Shown here: one piece after another, positions 18,621 through 36,208 of the stretch
Layout: each line of letters begins with the position of its first letter
Position numbering within the stretch: position 1 is the first letter of the stretch
Assembly: GCF_009914755.1 (NCBI RefSeq)
Contig: NC_060926.1
From: the human T2T-CHM13v2.0 reference genome, Homo sapiens
Length of the DNA stretch: 64,000 bases
Strand: one strand, 5' to 3'
Program-made: the position numbers and the translations under genes
Notes under the pieces: generated by a model
Seen by the model: only the letters and a program-made list of their open reading frames with translations
Databases searched by the model: none
What the model was told of the DNA's origin: nothing

Positions 18621-20584
18621 AGCTATGGGAGGAATTTGGCAGATGTGGACACCGGCCTCAGTGTCCTAGCCCTCGGGAATCTCGGGGTGTTAATGATGAC
18701 AGCCCCGTGTGAGAGACTCTAACAGTTATCCTGGGGGTGAGGGGCTGGGGCGCTGGGCCTGGGCGTGCATGTGTGAGGAAAGAGAAATCTGCGCGGGTGT
18801 GGAAGATGGAGAAGCCTGTCTTTCTGCAGGACTCAGAACTTTCTTAGGAAGTTTGGAGGGAGTGGGAGCTGACGGGTAGGGGAGGAGGAAAATGGCTCAG
18901 GCCCCTGACACCGGAATCCAGACTATAGAGTTTAAGAAACTAAATGCCTCCAAATCCTGCCCTCACAGCCCGCCTGGCCTGGGCTGGTTTTCTCAGCATT
19001 CCAGACATAAAGACTCCTCTAGTGCAACTCAAAATCAAAACCCAGACGACAGGAAGCCGAATTCCCCACTGAGACCCTCCCGTTTCCTCTCTGACGCTCT
19101 TTTTTTTTTTTTTTTTTCATTTTTCTCTCTCCTTTTTTTTAGTTATTTATCTAGCACAGTTTTAGCTGAGCACTTCTAGTGCAAAACTAGAATATCGTTT
19201 TGCACCCAAGTAACTCACACCACCTTCTTTATTTTTCTCATCTACAAGTAATCAGAGGAGACGTAAACAATGACACATGAAGCACTGAGGATCTGAGATG
19301 TGTTAAGTTTGCTTTGAGTGTTAGTTAAATGGAGGGATGGGTGAGTGGGTGGATGAAGGCATCAATGAATTCACACAAAAAGGAGAAAAAATTGATTTCA
19401 GCCCAACAGATGTTCCGTTACCATAGTGCAAAGGAAAGAATGATAGGTACACTGTATTTTAACTGATGTGATCAAATAATGTGAATAATTAAGGCCACAA
19501 GTAGAATTTTGGGGGTCTGAAATATCCCGAGTAACCCTCTACACAAGCTAAATGACTGCTATGTTATCACTATCAAATATGCCCTCTGATTTGTGCTGTG
19601 TAGAGCAAATACCACGTCTGGTCTACTGAATTGGCAAGCCTCCTGGCTCAGGCACCACTGGACTCCAATGTTCAGAAAACGGACAGTTGCTATGTTGTGA
19701 GTATTCTGGCATTGTTGAGTTGGAACCATCTGGAATCCTTCTGGATACTGACTGTTGGGCCCCTTGTAGTTTCTGGAATTTACCCGCTTCTAGGAGCCAC
19801 CTCTCTCCTCTGCACACAGGAGCTCATCTGCACTAAAGGATTAGAAGCAAATAGAATCTACCCTACGATCCAAGCTCAAAGGATCTGGCCTGCTTGCTGG
19901 TGTCTTCCCCTGGCCTCCGCTGGGTGGTGTTTGCCTGCCCAGGTCACTGAGACCAGCAGATCCTTCTAGGCTTTGCTGAACCTGGCTGGTAATAACTATC
20001 TGACCCTTCAATTCTTCCATACACTGAACTCGTTGCTCCAGTGAATCCCTTTCCCAGCCCACCTTGTTTTGTCTCTGCCTTTCTGTCTCTCCCACTTTCT
20101 CACCCTTTCATGTAATTCAGCAACTATTTTAAAACAAATAGCTTTATATGAACAAAAGGACTAGATCATGAACTACACTGGTTATTTGGAAGTCTAGGTT
20201 CTTTCTGGTCCTGCTACCCCTTTAACTTGAGTTATTTACAAGTCTGTTTAAAAGTTTCTAGACATACACTGGTTTGTTTTTTGTTTGGCTATCGTTTTGT
20301 TTTTCATTTCTAATTGTATTGCATTGTGGTGAGAGAAGATGGTCCGTGTTGTATTATTTTTGGGTGGGGAGATGTGTTAAGATTTCCTTTGCAGTTTAGC
20401 TTATGGTCAATTTTTGTGAATGTGTATACTCTGCTTAGAACGTAGTTCAGAATATTTCTATTAGGTCATGCTATTGTGTTAGTCAAATAGTCTTGATCTT
20501 TATTTTTTAAAGTGCTTAATATTTTAGTTTCCAAGAGAGATATGTTAAAATCTAACACTGTGATTTTTGGGGTCAATTTTTCCT

Positions 20585-20868
20585 TTTTTTTTTTTTTTTT
20601 TTTTTTTTGAGACCGGGTCTCACTCTGTGCCTAGGCTGGAGTGCAGTGGTGCGATCTTAGCCTCAATCTCTCCGGGCTCATGTGATCCTCCTGCCTGTCC
20701 TCACTGTAGCTGGGACTACAGGCTCACACCACCACGCCTGGCTTTTTGTATTTTTTTTGTAGAGATGGGGTTTCCCCATGTTGTCCAGGCTGGTCTTGAA
20801 CTCCTGGGCTCACAAAGTGCTGTAATCACAAAGTGCTGGGGTTACAGCTGCGAGCCAGTGTGCCCAGC
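20585..20868 (-). mobile_element. Alu (J-like) within an old L1 fragment (about 20270-21070)
   Basis: Alu consensus; flanks resemble degenerate antisense L1 ORF2. Confidence 0.8.
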
Positions 20869-21070
20869 CTCTCCTTATTCTTTAACAGCTTTTGCTTTAC
20901 ATATTCTGAATGTATGTCATTAGACGAAAACATGCTCATGAGTATTTTATCTTCTTCTTGTAGTGTTTCTTTTATCTCTAAGAAATATTTCCTCTTAGTT
21001 TCTTTTCACCTTGACTTCAACTTTGATATTAATATTCCTACACCCACTTTGTGCTAGTGTTTTCCAGATA

Positions 21071-21488
21071 TGGTAAGTTGATCAAAAAAATGACACAATA
21101 ACTCCTTCCCTTCCTGAATCCATATGCCTTGTGACTTTGCCTCTGTTCTAATAAGAGGTGAAGTCCATTTCCTTATTCGTTGAATCATGTTTGGCATTGT
21201 GACTTGTGAATACAGAAGGCAGCAGAACTAATGCTATGGGACATCTGAGTCTAGTCCTCACCAGGTCTCCCAGCTGCTGATCTCATCACCTGGAACGCTG
21301 CTCCCACCATGTGTAGAAGCCTGGGTTAGTGTCCTGGAGGATGAGAGACAATGTGGAGGGTGAGGCTGGCCAACAGCCTGCACCAGCTGTGTAAGACCAT
21401 CTGAGATGACTGTAGCTGCATGAGTGAACCCAGGGGAGACATGCAGAGACTTGCCCAGCTGTCTTACTTGTTACTTTAAGCCATTCAG

Positions 21489-21492
<4 letters not shown>
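21071..21492 (+). mobile_element. MLT1-type MaLR LTR, 5' part (3' end continues at 24624-24677)
   Basis: Ends TTAAGCCATTCAGTTTT; resumes as CTAAGTCATTAAGTTTTGAGGGTGGTTTGTTATACTGCAGTAGATAACTGAGACA, the usual MLT1 3' terminus. Confidence 0.75.
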
Positions 21493-24667
<3,175 letters not shown>

Positions 24668-24873
24668 TAACTGAGACAACAGGTATATGGTTTCCCTGCA
24701 TCATTTTGTTTTAGATATATCTTTCATGAAGGGCACCTACCTGGAGTTTAAAAAAAATCCAATCTGTTAGTTACGTGTTTAGTAGTCATTGGATTCAACT
24801 CTTTCATATCTATTTAATTATTGCTACATTTGTACTTATTCGTAGCATCTTCTTTTGGTTTTGTAACTACCAT

Positions 24874-25500
24874 GTTGTGTGAGTTTCCTATAGCTGCTAT
24901 AATAAATTACCACAGGCCCAGCATGGTGGCTCAAACCTATAATCCCAGCACTTCGGGAGGCCAGGGAGGAAGGATGGCTTGAGGCCTGGAATTTGAGACC
25001 AGCCTGGGCTATATAGCCAGATGCTGTCTTTACGAAAAAATAAAATAAAATAAATTGAAAAAAATCACAAACTTAGTGCCTTAAAACAACACAAATGTAT
25101 TGTCTTATAGTTTTGAAGGTCAGAAGTCTGAATGGGTCTTATAGGCTAAATCAAGGTATTGTCAGAGCTGCATTATTTCTGAGAACTCTAGAAGAAAATC
25201 TGTTCTCTTGCCTTTTCCACCTTCTAGAAGCCACCTGCATTCCTTGGCTCACAGGGTGCCTTCCTTCTTCATTAAAACACATCATTTCATTCTCTTTTTT
25301 TGTTGTCACATTTCCTCTGTAACTAATCCTTGTGATTACATTGGGCCTACCCAGATAATCCAGGATAATCTCTTCATCGAACTACTTAATCACATCTGCA
25401 ACATCCCCTTTTGTTTTGTAAGGTGACATACTCAGATTCCGGGGATCAGGACAGGAGATTTTTGAAAAGAACCAAGAAGGATTATTTCATCTACCACACA
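24874..25500 (-). mobile_element. MLT1C/D-like MaLR LTR with an inserted FLAM/Alu monomer (24915-25065)
   Basis: TTTCCTATAGCTGCTATAATAAATTACCACA...CTTAAAACAACACAAATGTATTGTCTTATAGTT...GTGATTACATTGGGCCTACCCAGATAATCCAGGATAATCTC. Confidence 0.75.
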
Positions 25501-25879
25501 TCCCTTTTCCTGGTTTCTTTTTTATCCTCTTTTTTGCTTTCCTAATCTATCAAGATGCTTGTGGCTGCAAAGTAGCAGAGGCCTTAGTTAAACAATGCTG
25601 TAATCAACAGAAAGACAGAAGGCTTACACAACTGGATACCCAGAGGAGAGTGAGCCCGTGACTCAGCATCGCCATCATGGACCCTGGTTCTTTCCATCCC
25701 TCCCATCTGCTACCCATAGCATTAGCTTCATCCCGAGGCTGGTTCCTTGAGTGGCCAAGGGATGAGGCTGGAAGTGTCCTTATTCACACCCACTGAGGGA
25801 GATAGTTGAGTACTTATCACTTTCCATTTGGACCCGGTTTCACAAGCTTGGCACTATTATTATTATTAGCAGTAGTAGT

Positions 25880-26184
<305 letters not shown>

Positions 26185-27324
26185 CCCTTAGCAGTTTCCA
26201 AACCCACCCTGTGGTTTTCCCAATACCTGCAGAACCAGCTTTAAAGTGACCACAGCAGAGATGCCAGTGCAGATGCTGGAGCCTTTCCTCAGAAGTCTGA
26301 GTTTCAATTATGCAGAGGGCTCTTCCTCCAACTTCTAAGCTTTAGTGGTTCAACTTCTTCCTTTGTTCTCTCAGCCCGAGTGGGTAGCTGCTTCTTGCAG
26401 TTACTAACTTAAGTGATACTGCAGATTTGTTTTTTTGACTTTTCAGTTATCTAGTTAATAACCATAAACCTAGTTAACAGTTCTCTGTATTACATTGTCT
26501 CTGTTAAATAATTGGTATAGTTTCTGTCCCCTGACTGATGTATCTTTATAAGCTTAATTCTCTATTACGATACATTTGTTTATGGTTGTGATTTGCACCT
26601 CTGGGAGGGTTAGGTTCTAAGATCAGGGTATCAAACAATAAAACTTGTTGGTCCCCCAATACACTGCCTCCTTAATGTAATCGAAATTGGCTGTTGGCCC
26701 TGGGATGGAGCCAGCTACCCTAGCTAAGACACTGTTGGGCAGTGCAGAGCAGAATTTGGCAGCTGAGGAGAAGGCCTCTCATCTGGCTGTGGTCAGTGTC
26801 AGTTCCTCAGGGCTCTCTGCAAACAGAACTGGAAGTTTATGCTCCCTTTTACCCCACAGGCAGAAGGTCCCTCTGGGAGAAATTCATAGGCCAGCTCTGT
26901 GCTGAGATTTCAGTTTAGCTTATATATCTGCTACATTTCCATTTTCCCCTGCTCCAGGGCCAGTTGGACCACCCCTCCCTCCCTGTCTTCCCTCCCTCCT
27001 TTCTCCATGAAGACATTTTTCAGCTCCCTCGTCTTCTTTCTCTTTTTTGCCAGGGGCCATTGAATGCTACCTCATTTCAAATCACTCTGGGTTAGTGCCC
27101 TCCTCCCAGCCCCCATATCCTCTGGCATGTGCCTCATTCTTCCTGGCATGGATCCCGCATGTCTTAGATGGGAGAAGGCATGCATGGATTCTTATGAGTC
27201 CCGGGTACTGTGAGCAGTGGCCAAGCTTGGCATTTCTTGTAGCCCAGATGTCATGGAGGAATTCATACTTGCTACCTACAGATAAAGAAACAGAAAATCA
27301 ATGACTTACCCGAGGCATTTAGCC

Positions 27325-29515
27325 ACTCCTACAACTTAATTAAAAAAAAAAGACCAAAACCCAAAAACAAAAAAGAAGACAAACAAAAAACAACAAAACA
27401 ATGGGCAAAAGGTTTGAGCAACCATTTTATAAAGATACACAGATGACCAATAAGCACACACAAAATATTGCTTAACATCATTAGTTGAGCAATTAATGAC
27501 ATGCTCAAATTAAATATATGCAAATTAATTTGCATTGTATAAATGCAAATTAACATGCAAATTAAATATACAATGAGATACTATTACACACCCGGTAGAA
27601 TGGCTAAAATTAAAGACTGACAATATGAAGCATTGGTGAGGATGTCAAGCAACTGGAACTCTCAACATTACTGGTGGGAGTATAAGGTGGCACAACTAAT
27701 TTGAAAAAAAAGAGTTCCATAGTTTCTTATAAAACTAAACATAGGGGTCGGGTTCTGGGGCTCATGTCCGTAATCCCAGTGTTTTGGGAGGCTGAGGTGG
27801 GAAAATCCCTTGAGGCCAGTAGTTCACGACAAGCCTGGGAAACATGGCAAGACCTCATTTCTAATTTAAAAAAAAAAGTTCGCAGACAGTGGTGGCGTGT
27901 GCCTATAGTCCCATCTACTGGGGAGGCTCAGGCAGGAGGATTGCATGAGCCCGGGAGTCTGAGGTTGCAGTGGGCTATGATGGCATCATTGCACTCCAAT
28001 CTGGGCAACAGAGATAGACCCTGTCTCAAAAACAAAGCCCCAAACAACCACCAAACATAGGACCTTTATCAAAATTAAAAACTTTTGTGCATCAAAGGAC
28101 ACTATCAAGAGAGTGAAAAGGCAAGCTACAAAATGGGAGAAAATATTTGCAAACCATGTATCTGATAACGGGTTAATAGCCAGAATATAAAACAACTCCC
28201 CAAACTCAACAACAAAAAAAACAAGCAACAGAATTTAAAAAATAGGCAAAGGACTTGACAGACATTCCTCCAAAGGAGATATATAAATGGCTGATAAACC
28301 CATAAAAAGATGCTCACATCACTAATGATTAGGGATGCGCAAATCAAAACTACAGTGAGATAGTGCTTCATTTCATTAGGATGGCTATTATAAAAACAAC
28401 AGCAACCACAACAAACCAAAACATAAAATGGCAAGTGTTGGTGAAGATGTGGAACTCTTGTGTATTTTTAGTGAGAATGTAAAAATGGCACAGCTGCTGT
28501 GGAAAACTGTATGGTGGCTTATCAAAAAAATTGAACATAGAATTAACTGTATCTTCCAGGAATTCCACTTTTAGAGATACACCCAAGAGAACTGAAAGCA
28601 GGGACTCAAACAGATATTTGTACACCGATGTTAGTAGTAACATTAGTCACAATAACTAAAAGATGAAAACAACCCAGCGTCTATTGACAGATGAATGTAT
28701 AAACCAAACGTAGTATCACATATAATGAAATATTATTCAGCCTTAAGAAGAAATGAAGTTTTGATAGATGTTACAACATAAATAAGCCTTAAAAATATTA
28801 CGCTAAGTGAAACAAACCATGCACAAAGGACAAATATTGTATGATTCCACTTTTATGAATACTCAGAATAGTCAAATTTGTAGAGATAGAAGGTAAAATA
28901 GTGGTTACTGGGCTCGGGGGAGGAGGTAATGGAGAGTTATTGTTTAATGGGTATGGGGTTTCAGTTGAGATGAGAAAAAAGTTGCGGAGATGAATAGTGG
29001 AGATGGTTGTACAACAACGTAAATGTATTTAATGCCACTGAATCACACACTTAAAAAGGGTTAAAATGGTAAATTTTATGTTCTGTATATTTTACCACTA
29101 TAAAAAGAAAAAAATAGCCAGGTGCGGTGGCTCACGCCTGTAATCCCAGCACTTTAGGAGGCTGAAGCGGGCAAATCACTTGAGGTCAGGAGATATAAAA
29201 AAATTAGCCGGGCGTCATAATGTACTAAATGCCACTGGATTGTACAATTTAAAAACAGTTAAAATGGTAAATTTTATGTTATGTGTAATTTGCCACAATA
29301 AAAATGCTAAAAACAAAGAAACTATACAGAAACATACCTTACAACCCAGCAATTCCATTTCTGTATTTATCCAAGAGAAATAAAAATAAAAATACTTGTA
29401 CACATATGCTCCTAGAAGCTTGTAAAAGCCCCACATAGGAAAGAGCCTAGGATGTCCATCAATAGGAGAATGGCTCAGCCAACTGTGGTATATATGATCA
29501 ATGGACAACTATTGA
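27325..29515 (+). mobile_element. Nested old L1M (L1MB/ME-type) 3' ends, with Alu 27747-28035 and a partial Alu 29116-29215
   Basis: ORF2 C-terminal and 3' UTR signatures such as ATCAAAATTAAAAACTTTTGTGCATCAAAGGACACTATCAAGAGAGTGAAAAG and GTTAAAATGGTAAATTTTATGTT. Confidence 0.85.
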
Positions 29516-31013
29516 AGTCACTCAACCAGTTGGTTGAGCAGAAACATGGATGTAGATTGTTTTACTCCAGTTTCTTGTCTTTCTTCTTCCCCACAAGGTG
29601 GGCTTTCCCACTCACCCAAAAATTTTGACCTAAGGAACACCTTGAGTGTTACTGAAACCCTAGAGCTCCCTGGCGGGCTCTGTTGAAACTCTTCCTTTGT
29701 CCTCTCACAGGAAAGTCATCATCTGTGCTGTGGCCTCCGAGACCTCTATCTGGTCCAATAGGTTTGGGTCCATCCCTTGCCAGGATTGACAGAGGAACCC
29801 TCCCCATTCCTCAGCAGAGGGGAATCTAGGCACAGAGGCGCCCAGCATGCCTGGGTCATGGTTTTCACCTCTCTAGGGGTCAGAATTCTAACTGGTCTTT
29901 CTTTCCCATGTTTCAAGTTGGAATGCTTTGGCCACCAATACACAGGCTTCTGTGAGCCTGACAAGAGCCTCTCTTGGGGGTGACCCTGAGAGGCACAGAG
30001 TTGTCAAGGCCAGGCATGCTCACTGTTCTCCAAGTTGCAAAATGAGCCATCTACTCCATACAGTTTGAGGGCATGGATCTTCAGTTGCACAATCTGTATT
30101 TGAATCTTAGCTTTACCACTTGTTTTGGTAAACTGCACGACCTCACTGTGCTGCACGTTCCTCATTGGTGAAAGGAAATGAGAATGCTACTTGCTTCATG
30201 GGGTTGCTGTGAGGATGAAATTGCTTCATAGGGTGTCAAGTTCTTGGAGTTGGTGCGTAGCACATGATAAGTACTATGTAAGTGTATTATTTTTACCCAC
30301 CAACCACCATGTTCTCCATGTTCTTTGAAGGCTGTTGTTCTCCAACAAGTGAAAAGAAATAATTAATGCATCCTATCAGTCAGGATTCAGACACACCAGT
30401 AGTTTGAATAGGGAAAATTTAATGTAAAAAATTATTAACTAGTAAAGGAGGATTCATTACGAAGAAGGGTAAATGGAACTCTAGATAATTCAGGAATAAC
30501 AAAGGGAGCAGCCACTACCTCTAGGGCTGACATAGGGAACCCAAGGAAGCAACAAACTCTCCCTCCCCTCCAAGGCTGAGATTCAGAGTTCACTGGTGAG
30601 GGTGGCTCCGGGGCCTGCGGATGGTGGAGGAGTTTGCTGAGGTGCTGCAGGCTGAGGATGGCAAGCAGGAAACTCTGTTGGGTGCTGGCAAAATCTCACC
30701 GGGAAGCCGCCCACTGGCAGCTGTGCTGTAGGAGCCAGAAGAAAAGCACTGAGCTAGGAAGAGAAGTCCCTTCTAGTGTTCTTCTAGCACTTTCTACTGA
30801 CAAGACCTAACAGTGGCACCAGCTGACAAGACAAATACTTTCAGGGTCCAGCTCCAAGATCACAAAGCAGGGCCAAGAAGGGCGAATTTGGAGTAGAGCA
30901 GTACGAAATGGACTGGTACACACCCCATCCATGTTCTTATAGAGACGTTTAACAAGGAGTTTTCCCTAATTATGGTTTATATATTTATGGTAACACAAAA
31001 GGGAGCTAGGATT

Positions 31014-31141
31014 AGGGTGACCATATGTTCCAAATTGTCCGGGACGGCACAATTCATGCTTGTTGGTCCAGTATTATTAACAGTGCTCCTTTTGACTCTC
31101 AGAAATGTCCCTGTTTGGAGGATAAATTATGTGGTCACATT
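31014..31141. mobile_element. MER94-like hAT MITE
   Basis: Terminal inverted repeats AGGGTGACCATA...TATGTGGTCACAT, about 128 bp. Confidence 0.65.
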
Positions 31142-31419
31142 ATCTACAGATGCATCAGCTTCCATGAAACTAACCTTCCCACTGCTAGTAGCTAGAAATT
31201 CTGTAAATACCCCACCCTACCCCCAATCTGTCTGAATGCAACAATGAGCCACCAAGGCAGCCTAAGGGCTAAGGGGCCAAAATTTCATGGAGAAGAGAAG
31301 TGCATTCAGGGGGGCTCAGCACCCTGAGCTGCTGTCCTCCTTGAAGTGTTTGTCAGTGACAGAAACTATGAGGCTGAAAAGGTGAGCAGAAAGCAATGGC
31401 TCTCCAGAGGAACATATGA

Positions 31420-31768
<349 letters not shown>

Positions 31769-33284
31769 TAGGAGCGATCTTAATGAGTATAAGACGCAAT
31801 TCTAAGTGATATGAAAGGACTGTGTCATAGTTAAAACGGTAGGTTTTGTTTTCTTAATGGTACATAAAATAATAGCACATTTTACAATTTAGAGTGTTTT
31901 AGATTTGATGAAATATGGTATATTTGTCCACAAGTATGGGTATATCTGTAAGAGAGAATCTTATAGAAACTGCTGGATCAAAAGATACATGCATTTAAAA
32001 CACTGACAGATTCTGATAAACTATCTTAAAAACAAAACCAACTAAAGACTATCCATTTCCCCACACTCTCATCAACACTGGACATTACCAATCTTTAAAA
32101 TTTTTCTCATCTGACAGGCTCTCACCACTTCTTCATTTCGGTGTCAATCCAGGCAATTTGATGGGATCCCTCAAATTATCATATGTTCCACTCTCTGTGT
32201 AATTGGTTCAAATCTGCAGCACACCTCCCTAGAGCATGGGCCTTGAGACCTACACCTCTTTCTCCTCCTAAGGGAAAATAAGGGGTCATTTTCCCCGGGG
32301 ATGCTGGTGAGCATCATGGACTATCAGGACAGGAGGGGACCTCAGACACTGACAAATGGAGGGGGTTCTGAAAGGCATTCAGGAAGGTCCACAGTGTTGC
32401 ACGTGGCAGTGGCATCTTTTACATTTCCATTTGGAAAAATAACAATTAAAATAATCCTTTAAGATCCCCCGCTACCCATTAAAATGGAATCACTTTGGAA
32501 GCCTCTGAATGCGTGCTCACCGGTACATGAAGCATTCATTCCTTGAACACCAGATATGCGTTCATGTGACAGCTGCTTGGGTGGCTTCTCATGTGGGCTT
32601 TGCCTACTCTACAGCAATATTTTTAAAAGTCATATGCTGCTTAATATATACCCATAATGAAATGCTGGCTAAAAATAGAAAATATAAAACATTTGCTGGA
32701 ATAAAGTAAATGAGGACCATAAAATGAGAATTCTACAATTTTGAACCAAGACGATTTTCATTCACTAGACCTACAAATTGCATTCAGCCCATCAAACTGT
32801 TTATATGGCTCATCACGGTGTCTCTTGTATATCTGAAACCAAAGTCATAGAGAAAATATAGTGACCATTAGATCTGATTTGGCCTCTCATTATTAGAAAT
32901 GAAGACCAGCCATACCCACATCATGCTATTTGCAGAATGTCACTTGCATACAGCAGTCTGAACCCTTCTGTTTTATCTCATCATTTAGACACAAAAAATG
33001 AAAGTAATAAAAATAAACCAGTTTTTTAAAAAAAATGCAAAAGGCATGAATTCCAAACATTCATTTAGGAAAGCAGTTTTTGTCTATTTTTGATGCTACA
33101 ATGAGTCATTAAGTTTCATACATTTTAATATACATTTGTCCCAATACCAGATATATGTTATTTTAAAAGATATTTGTTAACAAAGCATGCTTTCCCCTTA
33201 CATAATTAAACATTTTGCATTACTTGGAAAACGTGAAAAGGTTGAAACTAGTCTTTTAATAATATAGATATTACTGCTGTATTT

Positions 33285-33476
33285 ATGTATTTACTGAGAC
33301 AGGGTCTCTCTCTGTCGCCCAGGCTGAAGTGCAGTAGTGTGATCTCAGCTCACTGCAACCCACAGGAGGTTTCGCCATGTTGGTCAGGCTGGTCTCAAAC
33401 TCCTGGCCTCAAGTGATTCACCTGCCTTGGCCTCCCAAAGTGCTGGGATTACAGGTGTGAGCCAAAGTGCCCAGCC
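33285..33476 (-). mobile_element. Alu with a large internal deletion
   Basis: Right-arm sequence (CACTGCAACC) joined to left-arm sequence (GGTTTCGCCATGTTGG). Confidence 0.85.
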
Positions 33477-36105
33477 GGTATTACTGTTTTAAAGTTATAC
33501 ATGGATCTAAAATAAGTTTTATTTAACAATCCCTTCTCTATTACACATCATACACAAATTATTGCATGATAAAATACTTCCAAGGTGTTGGCAAGAGTAT
33601 ACATGGTAAAAGGGGTCCTCCACTAGTCAAGCCAGGCTGGAGACCTCTTATCTGGTCTAGATTCTTCAATTTATAGATGAGGAAACTGAGGCCCGGAGAG
33701 AGTAAGAGACTTATTACAGTCTCTTACAAACTTAAGAGGAGCACAGCGAAGACTCCTAAGTTCATTGTTCTTTAGCGGCAGTCTGGGTGAGGTTAAGTGC
33801 CTTTCAGGTCCCAGGAGACTTTTCCTTGCTGGAAAAGATCTCCAGCAGCGGAGTTTCTGACCCTGCCCCCTTCACCAGGTGCAGCCTTACCCACACTAGG
33901 CTCATTAGAGAACAAATATTCTTGGGGGCTAAGCAATTTAGGTTCACTTTATGAGGGGCTGACTTCCCCTTACATGCAGTCGGGGATCAGTCAGTATCTG
34001 TGGAACCAATAAAGGAGTAGATCCATGAATGGGGCTAGTGGGAGGGGACGCTGGACCACCGAGGGCCAACTCTGCTGCTTGTGGTTCACCAGGTGGGCTC
34101 TGCCTGAGAGACTCCAGAGGAAGGGCAGATTCTGCAAATGCTACGGGATTTGAGAAGACGCTGTGCATGAGTCCACAATTTATTTGTTACCAGGAATTAA
34201 CCCCTTTCAATTTAGGGGGGAAAAATCATCCCCACCCTGCACAAACCATGCATTTACCTTTACATCCTGTTCCAGCTTCCGGGAAGAACTTATTTAACGG
34301 ATCACTCTCTGTTGCCCTTGATTTACCCTGGCCTCATCCACAAGCGCTCCAAGGAGCCCTAATCCTGGCATGCTGTAAAGAGCCCTGTATCCCACCACCT
34401 GCCTGGTGCGGGGTGGGATCTTGCGAGGTGTTGACCATCCCTGTTGTGAGTTCCTGAGTCTCCAGATGTGTCTCTCAGCTTACAAAACCATCTGGAAACA
34501 GCCTCCCCGGGCTTCTTTCTAAGGAGACTTTCCTAAAAACTCCTTCGGGAGGCCCCCTGCGTTACATAGAATCTTTTGCTACCTCCTCATGGTCTACCTG
34601 ATCACTTTAACTCTTCTGCTCGAGTTTCAAGGCCTTCTACAGTCCAGGACCATCCCACTGCTTGACATTTGTCACCCTAACACAATCTGTTACTGTGGCC
34701 AAGTCACCCTCAAGGTGACTACACAAATGACCTTCATTCTGTCCATCGCTTGCTCATGCAGTTTCCCCCATTATTGCCATAATCATTCTGTTGTTTGCTC
34801 GGCTGGCTCTCCCAGGAGAGCAGACGTCATCAAACAGGTGACCAACATGCCAACAGGTGCTCAGAGACCATCAAGATGTGTGAGACAAGCCTGAAGGAAG
34901 AGACGGGGGTGGTGGGCACTCGGGAGGTGGCTGGCACTCTGGAGGTGGCTGCTACCTTCCCTGGAGGACCAGCTTCCTGGCAGGCTTATCAATTAGGTAC
35001 AACAGGCACAGTGCATAGACCAGAAAAAATTTAAATGTTAATTTCTTTTGAAATGAGAAGAAAACGAATATAGTATTAAATGAAAAATAGTAATATGAAT
35101 ATAGCAATAAATTCAGCTTGAAATACATTCATTTTTATATCATCACAGTGGTAAAATATAATTTTCCAAAACTTTTTCTTTTTTTTTTTAAATGGAGGAC
35201 AGGAGCTCACGAAGACAAAAGTGCCTACGGCCAAGAACAGTCATAATTCAGCCCTGGGTGCAGTGTTTAGATTTTGTTTTGTTTTCAAATGGATATCTAG
35301 ATATTTGTATGAGATCGCCTGATTTTAAGTAATGGAAATTAGTTTTAACATCAAACATTTTGTGGCCCAACAAAACACGCAGGGTTTGGGCTGCAACTCC
35401 TCCAAAGCCGGGGCTATCTCCGCGTCCTCCGCTTGGGGTGGCCTGGCCGGGTTTCGGGGCCCCGCCTCCTGCCTGGAGGGCCCAAGAGCTGCCGGAACCT
35501 CGCGAGCCGGACCAGGCGCCAAGCCACAGTCGCGCGCCGCCACCGGCCCCTGGCCTCGCCCGGCCGGGGCGCCCCCGCCAGCCGCCACTGGGGGGCTCCG
35601 GACGCTCTCCTTCCGGGGGGCCCCGCGGGCAGTCGGATCGGGCCTCCCCGGGGCGCGGGAGCAAGGCCGCCCGGCTCAGCCCCAGCCCCAGCCCCAGCCC
35701 CACCCCCGGACCGCGTCACCACCGCGGCGAGGCCCGCCTGCCGCTTCCCCGGCCTGGGCCCTGCCCCTCGCGGGCCGGCTCCGGGACGCGAAGCCCATAG
35801 AGGGGGTTTTCCGGCCGCAGGCGCTGGGGCCGCTCCTCCTACGGCGAGGCCCGGGGCTGCGCGCTGCGCTCTTTGCAGGGCCCCCGTGGCCCTCCCGTCA
35901 CGGCCAGGCTAGGCGGCCCCTCCATCCCCGAGGGCGACACTCGCAGGCTTCCCCGGCTCGATCGGCTGCGGAACAGCCGGGAGCTCGGCGCGAAGTCGCA
36001 GAAGGCTCGGGCCTGGGCTCGCGCCGCGAACGCGCATGCTCTGCCGAGGCCCGCCGCGGGCGCCAGCGCACCCTGATAGAGCCATCACGAGGCCCATTCA
36101 GCAGA

Positions 36106-36198
36106 GCTCCAGTGGCGCAATCGGTTAGCGCGCGGTACTTATACAGCAGTACATGCAGAGCAATGCCGAGGTTGTGAGTTCGAGCCTCACCTGGAGCA
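36106..36198 (+). tRNA. TRI-TAT2-1: tRNA-Ile(TAT) with a 19-nt intron (36144-36162)
   Basis: Acceptor stem GCTCCAG/CTGGAGC, A box TGGCGCAATCGG, anticodon TAT at 36140-36142 in a CGGTA/TGCCG stem, B box GTTCGAGC. Confidence 0.98.
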
Positions 36199-36204
36199 AG
36201 ACCC

Positions 36205-36208
36205 TTTT
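36205..36208 (+). terminator. Pol III terminator (T4), with a second T4 at 36225-36228
   Basis: T run 6 nt after the tRNA discriminator base. Confidence 0.8.

Noticed and set aside
18688-18700. Possible HNF1 site GTTAATGATGACA
   Set aside because: Only one good half-site
30370-30920. Probable old ERVL-type LTR (also about 26190-26540 and CR1-like pieces near 39700-39980)
   Set aside because: Too diverged to assign family or boundaries without a search
35332-36177. 281-aa ORF and overlapping long ORFs in the tRNA CpG island
   Set aside because: Pro/Ala/Gly/Arg-rich, open in several frames on both strands, and runs through the tRNA; expected from stop-poor GC-rich DNA
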